The translations under genes were made by a program, and so were the position numbers. A DNA stretch of 63,954 nucleotides, filler included, from Nemertoderma westbladi (lineage: Eukaryota > Animalia > Xenacoelomorpha), in NCBI GenBank assembly GCA_032718475.1. It is 4 parts of 4 records of this genome, joined end to end, with 100 filler letters (N's around TTAATTAATTAA, not from the genome) between each part and the next. Parts side by side here need not be neighbours in the genome. Positions count along the whole stretch, not along the records: positions 46,981 to 55,812 come from JAUCBJ010005982.1; positions 55,913 to 63,954 come from JAUCBJ010007212.1; 2 more parts are not named here. One strand, written 5' to 3'. This document shows, in pieces, positions 52,960-63,954 of the stretch. Position 1 is the stretch's first letter, and each line of letters opens with the position of its first letter. The notes below the pieces were generated by a model that saw only the letters and a program-made list of their open reading frames with translations, ran no database searches and had not been told where the DNA came from.

Positions 52960-53520
52960 AAGTGACAATTAAAGAAGTGCAAAGTAACTTGCGGAAGTCG
53001 GTGTTTAAACTATTTTTATTTCTGTATAGAAACCTAAGCCTACTGCTAACTTTCGAGAAAATATTTTTCACTGTACTTTCTCCTGATAAGCAGTTATCCA
53101 ATGTGGCGCCTAAATATTTAACTTCCTTTTTATTTTCAATCTCATGTCCATTACTAGTGACTATAAACTTAGTTACCTTCTTTAACTTTCTTTTGGAACC
53201 AAACAAGATACTTTCAGTCTTACCGTAGTGACTGGATAGCTTATTATCAACCAACCACTCATTACAGGATTCTAGAACTGCACTTAACTTTTGGGAAATA
53301 TGGATAGGATCTTTATGAGAGAAAATAAGAGCACTGTCGTCGGCATATAAAATGAGTTTAAAATCGGGATCTATACTACTTATCATATCATTTACATGGC
53401 ATACAAAATGCAGAGTACCTAATATACTACCTTGCGGTACACCACAGGTAATCTCTTGCACAGTAGACTGGGGACTCTGTACTTGTATAGTACAGGAGAC
53501 ACTCTGATATGTTGTGTATA
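52960..53520 (-). mobile_element. CR1/L2-group LINE RT fragment
   Basis: GVPQGSILG, YADD, KTESILFGS, KYLG. Confidence 0.85.
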
Positions 53521-53660
53521 TACAGATTGTCTGCAATTTACATCTTCACGGCTTAAGCTTAACTCGAAATAACATTTTAATGATAAGCATTCATTCAGTG
53601 TTCACCAATAAAACACTAATAATATGTCTTGTTATCAACGATGTAGGTGCATTAATAGCT

Positions 53661-54244
53661 TAATAGCCTTTAATACAATAGTAATAGGCTTTAATACAAT
53701 AGTAATAGGCTTTAATACAATAGTAATAGGCTTTAATACAATAGTAATAGGCTTTAACACAATAGTAATAGGCTTTAATACAATAGTAATAGCCTTTAAT
53801 ACAATAATAGTAATAGGCTTTAATACAATAGTAATAGGCTTTAATACAATAGTAATAGGCTTTAATACAATAGTAATAGCCTTTAATACAATAATAGTAA
53901 TAGGCTTTAATACAATAGTAATAGGCTTTAATACAATAGTAATAGGCTTTAATACAATAGTAATAGCCTTTAATACTAATAGTAATAGGCTTTAATACAA
54001 TAGTAATAGCCTTTAATACAATAGTAATAGGCTTTAATACAATAGTAATAGGCTTTAATACAATAGTAATAGGCTTTAATAAAATAGTAATAGGCTTTTA
54101 CAATAGTAATAGGCTTTAATACAATAGTAATAGGCTTTAACACAATAGTAATAGGCTTTAATACAATAGTAATAGGCTTTAATACAATAGTAATAGCCTT
54201 TAATACAATAGTAATAGGCTTTAATACAATAGTAATAGGCTTTA
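53661..54244. repeat. 21-bp tandem repeat taatacaatagtaataggctt, about 27 copies
   Basis: Direct reading. Confidence 0.95.
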
Positions 54245-54245
54245 A

Positions 54246-55812
54246 CCCTATTAAACCCGGGGGGGGGGGTCAATATGACCACTCCCGTGGTTTTTTTATT
54301 ATAATTCTGAAACTAACGCAGTTGGGAATCTGAAATTTTATGACTTTCCCTAAAAATCTATTGTCTTCCTATTAGTGAAAACCGTTTTCAAAAATATTGG
54401 GTACTTTTCGAGTTATAGCACCATTTTTTAACCCTACTTTTGGCACTTTTTTTGAGACGTTTTTTGAAAATTACATTTCATTAAATATTAATTGTAACAT
54501 CTCTATTTTTGATTTACACCAGTTTTTTGGTGTTAGAAATTTGATGGAATTCATATAAATTGATTTAGAAATTTCAAACTTGTTTTTTTCGGTGGGTGCC
54601 AAATTTTGGTGCCAGCACCAAATTTTGAAATAAGTCAATTTTGTAAATTGATCGTTTGAAACTTGTTTTTTACGCAATTGGGGTGTTTTGGGTTTCTGGA
54701 TTCGATGAAATATATACGAGTTGCACCAAGCGTATCAAACTTGTATTTTTCGGTGCTGTGTGCAAATTTTCGTGCTAGCACCAAAATGATGCTGATGAAA
54801 ATCTGTTCAATAGATAAAATTGCTTGTGACAATTTATTTCTTGCGTTTTAGAGGTTTATGGCTGTTCTGAATTCAATGGAAAATACAATTATCGAACTAG
54901 ACATCTCAAACTTGTATTTTTCGGATGTGGGTGCAAAATGTGGTGCTAGCACCACATTTTGAAAACCATCAAATATATCAATTGATTGTGTCACCTTGTT
55001 TCTTGCGTTATACGGGTTTGTGATGGTTCTGAATTCAATGGAATCAGTAAAAATTTCATAAGAGTTCTCAAACTTGTATTTTTCGCCGGTGGGTGAAAAT
55101 TGTTGTGCCAGCACCAAATTTTGGAAAATATGCAAATTAATAAGTAGATAGTATCACCTTGTTTCTTCCGTTATACGGGTTTATGAGGGTCCTGAATCCG
55201 ATGGAATCAATAAAAACAGCACTGGACATCGCAAACTTGTACTTTTTGGTGATGGGTACGAAATTTGGTGCTAGCACCAAAATTTGCCAAATTACGCCGA
55301 AAAATACAAGTATATAGCAATGATCTGGCATATTAGAAATGTATTCCATTAGAATCAGCGCCCTCGAAAACCTGAAAATGTGAATTTATAGCATCGTATA
55401 AGTGAATTAAAAATTTTGTGTTCTAACTGAAAAGTGCTGGTTACTTGTTTTTTTCATTTTTTTTCCTACGCAGAGAGGACTAAACAGCCATTTATAGTAA
55501 TCATATCATTTTTTAATATTTTGCAATGTATTTTGCACCCCAGAAAACCTGTATTAAAAATAATTAGCCGAAAATGTAACTTTCAAATTTTGTGAAAATT
55601 GTGCACTACTTGTAATTTTGGTGCTGCAATATAACCACCCCAGTAAATTTTTTCTAAAATTTTTTTTTTCGGTCGGATCCAGACAAGTGATACCTACGCA
55701 CAAACAAAAAATCAGCCGTTTTCGTAAATATTTGTAGATTTTAGAGGGGGGGGGGGTCAATATGACCCCCCCCCCCCCCCCCGGTATTTGTACAACATTT
55801 TATAGCCCGGTT
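54246..55812. mobile_element. piggyBac-like non-autonomous element (right end cut by the gap)
   Basis: TTAA|CCCTATTAAACCCGGG start. ggtcaatatgacc palindromes near both ends. Internal degenerate repeats. Ends gcccggtt at the gap, consistent with the TIR. Confidence 0.65.
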
Positions 55813-55912
55813 NNNNNNNNNNNNNNNNNNNNNNNNNNNNNNNNNNNNNNNNNNNNTTAATTAATTAANNNNNNNNNNNNNNNNNNNNNNNNNNNNNNNN
55901 NNNNNNNNNNNN
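55813..55912. other. Artificial contig linker
   Basis: 44N-TTAATTAATTAA-44N. Confidence 0.99.
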
Positions 55913-56003
55913 GACGAGAACTTATTAGGTTGGCAGAGAAGTATACCAGTATTTGTCTGTTCAACAGTTCTGCTGTTAGTATAGAGGTCGCGGTTGTTTA
56001 TCA

Positions 56004-57347
56004 GACTGACTGACTGACTGACTGACTGACTGACTGACTGACTGACTGACTGACTGACTGACTGACTGACTGACTGACTGACTGACTGACTGACTGACTG
56101 ACTGACTGACTGACTGACTGACTGACTGACTGACTGACTGACTGACTGACTGACTGACTGACTGACTGACTGACTGACTGACTGACTGACTGACTGACTG
56201 ACTGACTGACTGACTGACTGACTGACTGACTGACTGACTGACTGACTGACTGACTGACTGACTGACTGACTGACTGACTGACTGACTGACTGACTGACTG
56301 ACTGACTGACTGACTGACTGACTGACTGACTGACTGACTGACTGACTGACTGACTGACTGACTGACTGACTGACTGACTGACTGACTGACTGACTGACTG
56401 ACTGACTGACTGACTGACTGACTGACTGACTGACTGACTGACTGACTGACTGACTGACTGACTGACTGACTGACTGACTGACTGACTGACTGACTGACTG
56501 ACTGACTGACTGACTGACTGACTGACTGACTGACTGACTGACTGACTGACTGACTGACTGACTGACTGACTGACTGACTGACTGACTGACTGACTGACTG
56601 ACTGACTGACTGACTGACTGACTGACTGACTGACTGACTGACTGACTGACTGACTGACTGACTGACTGACTGACTGACTGACTGACTGACTGACTGACTG
56701 ACTGACTGACTGACTGACTGACTGACTGACTGACTGACTGACTGACTGACTGACTGACTGACTGACTGACTGACTGACTGACTGACTGACTGACTGACTG
56801 ACTGACTGACTGACTGACTGACTGACTGACTGACTGACTGACTGACTGACTGACTGACTGACTGACTGACTGACTGACTGACTGACTGACTGACTGACTG
56901 ACTGACTGACTGACTGACTGACTGACTGACTGACTGACTGACTGACTGACTGACTGACTGACTGACTGACTGACTGACTGACTGACTGACTGACTGACTG
57001 ACTGACTGACTGACTGACTGACTGACTGACTGACTGACTGACTGACTGACTGACTGACTGACTGACTGACTGACTGACTGACTGACTGACTGACTGACTG
57101 ACTGACTGACTGACTGACTGACTGACTGACTGACTGACTGACTGACTGACTGACTGACTGACTGACTGACTGACTGACTGACTGACTGACTGACTGACTG
57201 ACTGACTGACTGACTGACTGACTGACTGACTGACTGACTGACTGACTGACTGACTGACTGACTGACTGACTGACTGACTGACTGACTGACTGACTGACTG
57301 ACTGACTGACTGACTGACTGACTGACTGACTGACTGACTGACTGACT
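56004..57347. repeat. Perfect (GACT)n, about 336 units
   Basis: Direct reading; followed by gatctacagccaa, as in the Helentron-family element near 17010. Confidence 0.98.
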
Positions 57348-57468
57348 GATCTACAGCCAATTAATTAATTAATAATTAATATTACCACCCGTTATTTCAT
57401 AATCTAAATATAGAATAATCTTTTAAACACTCTGTCTTACTGCATCTACAGTAAATCATAAAGCAAAA

Positions 57469-57822
57469 ATGAAGAAATTGATATTTTTAGTTGTGGTATG
57501 TTGCTGGTTGCTGGTTGATCTCATTCACGGGATTGAGGAATCATTGTATGAAAGCGCTTATAAAAGATGTTGCAAATTACGTCTCGGGAAGAGGCGATCT
57601 CCCGAAATCAACAGTGAAGATTCGGATTCTTTTCTTAAGCAACTGAATCGAAGAGAACTCAATGAAGAAATTTGCTGCGAGAGAAGTTCACCTGAAGTAG
57701 AGCGTGAGGAAGTTCGCGACATCCTCGAATCAGAATGTATCGAAGAAGTATGTACTCCACACGAAATTGACGAAAACTGTTTTTCCTGGTTCACAACATA
57801 TACAGGATGTGGGTCGCGGTAA
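57469..57822 (+). CDS. Secreted Cys/Glu-rich precursor with a Gla-domain-like region (117 aa)
   Basis: aaaATG context; signal-like MKKLIFLVVVCCWLLVDLIHG; KR, GKRR and RR sites; SEDSDSFLKQLNRR propeptide-like; LESECIEEVC..HEIDE...W..Y. Confidence 0.7.
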   Translation: MKKLIFLVVVCCWLLVDLIHGIEESLYESAYKRCCKLRLGKRRSPEINSEDSDSFLKQLNRRELNEEICCERSSPEVEREEVRDILESECIEEVCTPHEIDENCFSWFTTYTGCGSR

Positions 57823-60429
57823 TCATAATGGATTAGAATTTGAGTTTTATTAAAAATAATTATGTTATATTTATGTATTTATTAGTGGTGGTCTAATAAT
57901 ATATTATTGTAATTGATTGTTATTATTGTATATTATTGAAAAATATTCCGATATTATACTTCTTTCATCTCCATTGTTGATAAATCTAGTAGTCCAAACA
58001 GGGGGTTGTACAATATCTATCGTGAAATCCCAGCCCAGGAAAAGTCTAAATAATAGATACCAAAGTACAAAACTACTACTGGCGAGAACGGTGCCTGATG
58101 TCTTTCCTTAAACTTGGGCTAATCAATTGCCCGGGCCAACTTGACAATCAGAGTGACTGGTCCCTAACCGGTGAGGCAGATGTACAGTCTACAGGAACAG
58201 ACCAAACTGGCGAGAAAACAATCCCCGCGTAGCGAATCCTAACTACCGCTAATGGACCATAGACTTGCCGCGGTGTGATTTATATGGGTATAATACGAAC
58301 CAGTGGGTCAACCGAACACTAGTGTAAAACAATACTGCCGACAGCACAAGAAGTCAAAAGTGTATAATATCAGCAGAACTGTAAAACAGGATCTCAAGAA
58401 GCGTGTGTGTGTTACCGTAAAACAAATTTTGGTGTATCGCTATAATACTAGGTTTTGAGGACTTTAACAATAAAATAAAACGGGGCACCAGCTACTAGAA
58501 TAAGCTAGTCGCTCTCTGTAGGCACAATACTTACAAACTGACGTCAAAAGGGCTCTCTCCTCCTATATTCACAACTCGATCGGGAAATTATGGTGTTAGT
58601 AACTACGCCCATGACCAGCACGGATACCAGACTCTGATTGTGAAAAATAGAGAATAGGGTGTTAATTTACTACCGTACTAATAGCTGATCTGGTATATAT
58701 TCAATTCTAGAATTTTGTTGCTGCGGTGGTATACAGCAAACACCTATCAGTACGTGGCAAGGGCGCGGTAGGATGTTAGTAACCGCCCTTTAGGCTAAAT
58801 TCGTGCTGGTAGCAGAAAGCTGCCCTTTGCCTGAGCAAATACGTTGGACTCAGTACGTTGGACTCAATACGTTGGACTTACTTTGTCTCTTGCCCCACAA
58901 ATCTTGCAAGATAATAATTATATTTTAATAATTTAAGGCGCATTTAATTAGAGACAGTGAATTGGAATTGTTGACTCTTAACTAACTTCTATTGACTTAA
59001 GTGTTCTTCTGTCTGTATGAATTATTATTGTTCAGTTGTTAGTACAATATTAGATAGTAATGTAATATACACACTCGCTAATATTGGTTACCGGTACACC
59101 TTGAATAGTTCTACTTTTAGCTTAACTATTTAATAAGTAGATAAAAATAAAATTGATCTTTGATTGTGTTTTCACCATTACCGTACTGTACACTCAGATC
59201 AACCATGGTTGTCGGAGACTGTTTCCCGGTTGAAGCATTGGTGTTGGATCCATTTCCGTTATATTATTATGTTATTAGTGTTATGTTATATTGTTGTTAT
59301 AATATCATATTTGCGATTTTGAATCTGTCAATAAACACGCATAATTTCAATTATCTTATTTTAGATTCAACTTAATGGATATATCCTTTGTCGGGCCGCC
59401 GATCAACTGAAGGATGACTTATTGGGTCTAACCTTTGTCTCATCCCGGTACTGGTCCGGAATATTGTATAAAGTTATACATAAGTTGACAATATTTTATA
59501 GGAAACGTATAATAAATGCACCATCCAAGACCTCAAATAACATAAATATAAATATAAATAATAATAATATATAAGTAATAATAATATATAAATAAACAAA
59601 TATAATAGAGTTTAAACCCCTACATGGTGTCAATAATAACATAGGCCGGTATATAAGTCGGCCTACTTATTGTTTATATATGCTTTATACTGCTTTCCGT
59701 CCTGATATACTAATTAGAAGCCCTTGACTAATTAGAGCTGCTGAAAAGTACTCAACAGTACTCTACTGTATATTGCGTTGATTCAAGTCCCAATTACGTC
59801 CTTCCACATTTCCCCCTATTGTGAACAAACCAGCGATATTACTGGTGGTAGTGAAGATATATGAGTATTCTTATGAGGCGTTAATCTGAGGCGCAGAATG
59901 TGGAGTTATAATTCGACTATAGCGAGTTGTATGTCTTGGTGCTGCTGGAAAGTATCCCAATGTAATAATGACGGATCGATACCACCTTATTATTATGCGT
60001 GCAGTGACTACTGTATACTTTACATCAACATAAGTTCATTGTCACAGAAGAATTATATTAGTATATATTATCGATTTCATAATGTGATTATATTGGGTGC
60101 ATAAAGAAATTGTTGTTTGTAACATTCATTCATCATATCCGTATTAGCATATACAGCACATTGAAGTGAATAATTTAATAATTTATATCCTGATAATAAT
60201 TCACATAAGCAAGGAATATTTATAATTATACATAGGCCTATACATATTCCGATAACACTATGAAGTAACTATTTTCTTAAAATTATGTAATTAAATAATT
60301 TACGATTACATTGCATGGTTTTTAAAAATTCGAGCACAGTTATAACAGCGAAAACTAGGCTTTGAGCGAAATTAGTCAGTAACACTAAATTCCAGATTTT
60401 TGAATGGGAGAATCTTTTAGGCTCGTTAA

Positions 60430-60661
60430 GCCAAGGAATGCCTGTTCACCACCATGGGTGATCTTCCACAGTAAACCCTTCCACTCTGTTTCCCAAGTTG
60501 CCTTGGTTCCCATTTACCGACCACTGAAGGATGAAAGCCGGGGTTGGGCTAGGCTGCAGCATTTAAAGCACTGTGCCCAAACAGCGCTGCCCCATCTAGG
60601 GATCGAACCAGGGCTCCCTGATCGGAAGCACAGTATTGTCACCACTAGACCAAGCTGCTGC
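60430..60661 (-). mobile_element. tRNA-derived SINE with a Deu/Nin-like domain
   Basis: A box TGGTCTAGTGG, B box GGTTCGATCC, then gctttcatccttc...ggtcggtaaatggg. Confidence 0.7.
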
Positions 60662-60709
60662 TTCCAGATTGCTTTCAGATGGAAAATTCCAGATTTTTCG
60701 TATTGCTTA

Positions 60710-61985
60710 ATATATATATATTGAAGATACGCCCCCAATCGGTGCAAATTGGGTAGGCCAGGTAAATTTATAAAAGCACAGCACATAATTTTCAATAGAT
60801 TTAAATAAAACAATTCTAAAATTAAATATAGCTAAAAATAAAGTTAAGAGTGGTGGAAGTGAGATGTATTTACAACGATAGTTGAGATAGCGATGGGCAC
60901 GTGGGGCAAACCAGAGCGTGGTAGCGGTCTTTGGCAGACCCGTCGCAGTACCGGCATGCGCAGCCGTCGGATAGGTCGTGGAAGGGGACTGAGTTCCTGC
61001 ACAGTTTATGGTGGAAACTGTGCGAGGTTGACCTCGTTATGAGATGGCGGTTTCGCTGGCCAGGTAATTTCCAGCCAGAAGATGAGAACCCGGGACCGAG
61101 TGTGTAACCAGCCGCGATGAAGTTAGCCTCCCGCTCCTCCCTGAAGTTAGAGTATAGGGCGAGAGAGTTAGTATCGAAAATATTTGGATGCATCTTGCAA
61201 ATGTCTTCCACCAATGACTTCTCGCCGATCAGATTGAGGGCCACCGTGGAGGAGGCAGAGGTGTGCAAGTTTAGCATTTTCTTAATAAATGTCGTTTTTA
61301 TCTTGTCTATATCTTTTAGTTGCGGGAGTTTAAGGAAAGGAGCAATCTCAGGCAGTGCATATAATATCATTGGGGCAATTTTCATGTTGAAAATCCGTAA
61401 ACCGGTTTCTACAGATAAGAGACGTAAATTTTTTATTGAGCCAATTACACTGTACGATTTCTTCTTTTTTGATTTGATATGTTCACTGAAGCATAGAGAA
61501 GGCTGGAGGATTACACCTAGATATTCGTATTTATTTGTCACGATGACATTGGAACCATCATAAGTGAATTTGTCGTTCAGTGCTAGACGGCCACCTTTCC
61601 TAAATTTTATGATTTTTGTTTTGGTGAGGTTTACTTCCATGCCATTAACAATGCACCACTGATGAAGAACGTCTAAGCCCTGTTGAATGTCTTCCGTGTT
61701 GAAGAGTAAAATACAAGGTCGTCTGCAAAGAAAATGAACTTAATAGTTGCTGCTACTTGACCCAAAATGAAGGCGAGGTCTGCGATGAGGATCAGGAAAC
61801 ATGTGGGGCTGAAGCAGTCACCCTTGAGCACACCCCGGAGTTGGTGTATAATATTTGATAATTTTACTCCATCGAAAACGCGAATATTATTATCCAATAA
61901 CGCCCGTATCAAGTTATATAGCTTTCCTTTTATACCAGCTGCGTGGATTTTGGATAGGAGTTTGATTCGACTAACCATATCAAAA
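60710..61985 (-). mobile_element. 5'-truncated LINE (RT to C-terminal zinc motif) with a (TA)n tail
   Basis: FDMVSR..L, G..KGD.FSP..F, FFADDL, VNLTKTK, YEYLG, C.CRYC......YH...C. Confidence 0.8.
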
Positions 61986-62735
61986 TCCGTCTCACTGTCA
62001 TACAATTTAATGCCAAACAGCGATCGCACAGCTCTATGTAGGCCCCACAGTTTATTAAAAATAGACTGTGTGACGTACACCTCTGACCAAAGAGCACAGC
62101 AGTAAATAGTAGAGCAATAAGTATTAAACAGATATTGTTTCACTTTCATACTACAATAGCTAAATTTTCTAATCAGCATATTAGAACGACAGTAGAATTT
62201 ACGAGTTTGAGACATAATATCTTTATCGCCACAAAAGTCCAAAGGATGACTACCTAAAAACACAGTGGCAAAGCTAAAAAATTGACGGCTCCTACAACGA
62301 AAATATACAGACATGTAGATTTCTTAGTATTAAAAGTCATAGAGTTCTGTGAAGCAAACTTAACACATGCATCTAATAGGTTCTGCAATGCCCACGGATT
62401 TGTTGCAATTATGCAAATATCATCAGCATAAATGAAATGATTCACCACATGGTTATGGGTTTAGATACAACCCATACCGATACTATTAAGATTGAGGCTA
62501 AGCTCGTTAATGTTAAAATTAAATAAACGAGGAGATAAGGGCTGCCTTGTCTAACCCCATTCGAACAATAAAATGGATTCGACTTGAAGCCATGCCACAC
62601 TGCACACATAGTTTAATGGGAGTACATAAAAACTATCATAGCACTAGAAATATGGGAACTTTATGATCAATGAGTTTATAGAATAAATTACGGTGATTAA
62701 CATTATCAAATGCCTTCGAGGCATCGAGGAAGACT
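61986..62735 (-). mobile_element. Second, degenerate LINE RT fragment
   Basis: FLDASKAFD.VNH, GVRQG, YADDI, FN..KS, LF.TYC...YCC.LW. Confidence 0.8.
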
Positions 62736-62809
62736 ACATATATTCGAACCACGATTTAAGTAAAAATGTATTATCTCTTTTAATGTATAAATACATACAT
62801 ACATACATT

Positions 62810-63954
62810 TCAGCGAAATTCGAGCACTTCCATGTGTACTTGGACGGCGAGTGCGGTAATTTCCCATGATTCTCGACTCCGGTATTTGGTTGCTTCATGG
62901 ATTTGTCAAAGGCATTTGACGTCATCGATTGGGTTTCCTTGTTTGTAGAACTCTTAAAGAAAGGTTTTTCGGTATTGTTCCTGCGTGTGTTGTTAGTAAT
63001 ATATCGAAGTCAGAGGTGTTCAGTTAAATGGGGTTCCACTTCTTCGTCCTCGTTTGGTATTTCTAATGGCGTGAGGCAAGGGAGCGTCGCCTCACCACTT
63101 CTATTCAGTGTCGTGGTTAACGACCTAATAGATCGAATGCGAAAGTCTGGAGTTGGTTGCCACATAGGGTCACGTTACTACGGTATAGTTGTCTACGCAG
63201 ACGACATTCTACTTCTGTGCCCGTCCATAGCTGGTCTGCAGCACATGGTTGATATCGCTAGTCAATTTGCTAAGGACAATTCCATGAGTTTCAGTACAAA
63301 CTCCAACCCAGAGAAGAGTAAGACCAAGTGTGTTCCCTTCGGGCAGCGTTGGTGCCCACCGACAGCGAATATTAAACTGAATGGGCTGAATATTCCTTGG
63401 GTACAGCAAGTTCGCCATTTAGGAAACATATTTCACTATTCCAACGAGTTTGCCTCGGATATTAACTGTAAGCGCGGGAGTTTCATTGGCAAATTAAACA
63501 GTCTTAGACAGGAATTTAATTTCGCTCACCCGAGCACCCTTTCGGAACTGCAACGAATTTATGCCACTAGCTTCTACGGTAGTTGTCGGTCAGCATGGAA
63601 TATTAATTTACGGCTAGTTTGGGGTCTTCCTTTCAATACGCATAAATTTATTATTGAAAATTTGGTGCCGTTTCAACACCCGCATTCTATGCTATGTAGT
63701 AGATTTGTTACTTTTGCGTATATGCTACTTAATTTAGCTTGCAGTAAACCCTCCGTATATTATTTAGCAAATATGTGCTTATTTGACTGTAGAACTGTGT
63801 CGGGTGCTAATATGAAACGAATTGCTAATAAGTGTTCGAATGGGTTATTCGACTTAAATGTAAAAGGGTGCAAAAATACTACTTGGTATCCAATGGATGG
63901 TGCTGTAGGAAAGGCGAATATTTGTAAAGAAATTGCGGACTGTCGATATAATAA
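62810..63954 (+). mobile_element. LINE RT fragment running off the window end
   Basis: FMDLSKAFD, GVRQGSVASPLLF, YADDILLL, KSKTKC, VRHLG. Confidence 0.85.

Noticed and set aside
55861-57360. 499-aa SQSV ORF
   Set aside because: Translation of (GACT)n running into N.
58050-59900. Possible TE ends and the short cgttggactca triplet
   Set aside because: No ORF, TIR pair or TSD that I could confirm.
60560-60661. tRNA gene (also 20120-20197)
   Set aside because: A and B boxes are present, but there is no convincing cloverleaf and a SINE body follows.

Overview
AT-rich, intron-containing eukaryotic DNA, almost certainly from an invertebrate animal (species not determinable). It is four unrelated contigs (1-25401, 25502-46880, 46981-55812, 55913-63954) joined by artificial 44N-TTAATTAATTAA-44N linkers, so adjacency across linkers means nothing. 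Host genes: a two-exon type II membrane fibrinogen-domain (FReD) gene plus a decayed tandem paralogue, two intronless SLC18B1-like MFS transporters, an intronless wolframin-like gene with a frameshift, the last two exons of NAD(P) transhydrogenase (NNT), and a small secreted Gla-like precursor. Most of the rest is transposons and tandem repeats. Highlights: (1) a Transib (RAG1-related) element whose ends look like V(D)J signals (CACAGTG heptamer, 12 vs 22 bp spacer, nonamer-like motif) with an atypical 4-bp TSD; (2) a spliced Helitron gene with an N-terminal herpesvirus-tegument-like deubiquitinase (VTD/C76) whose Cys/Asp/His are intact; (3) an NNT intron built almost entirely from two 43-bp arrays copied from its own donor and acceptor sites; (4) a 270-bp satellite derived from the 3' end of the FReD paralogue; (5) an orphan Gla-like secreted peptide precursor. 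All family assignments are from motif recognition by eye; no database searches were run.
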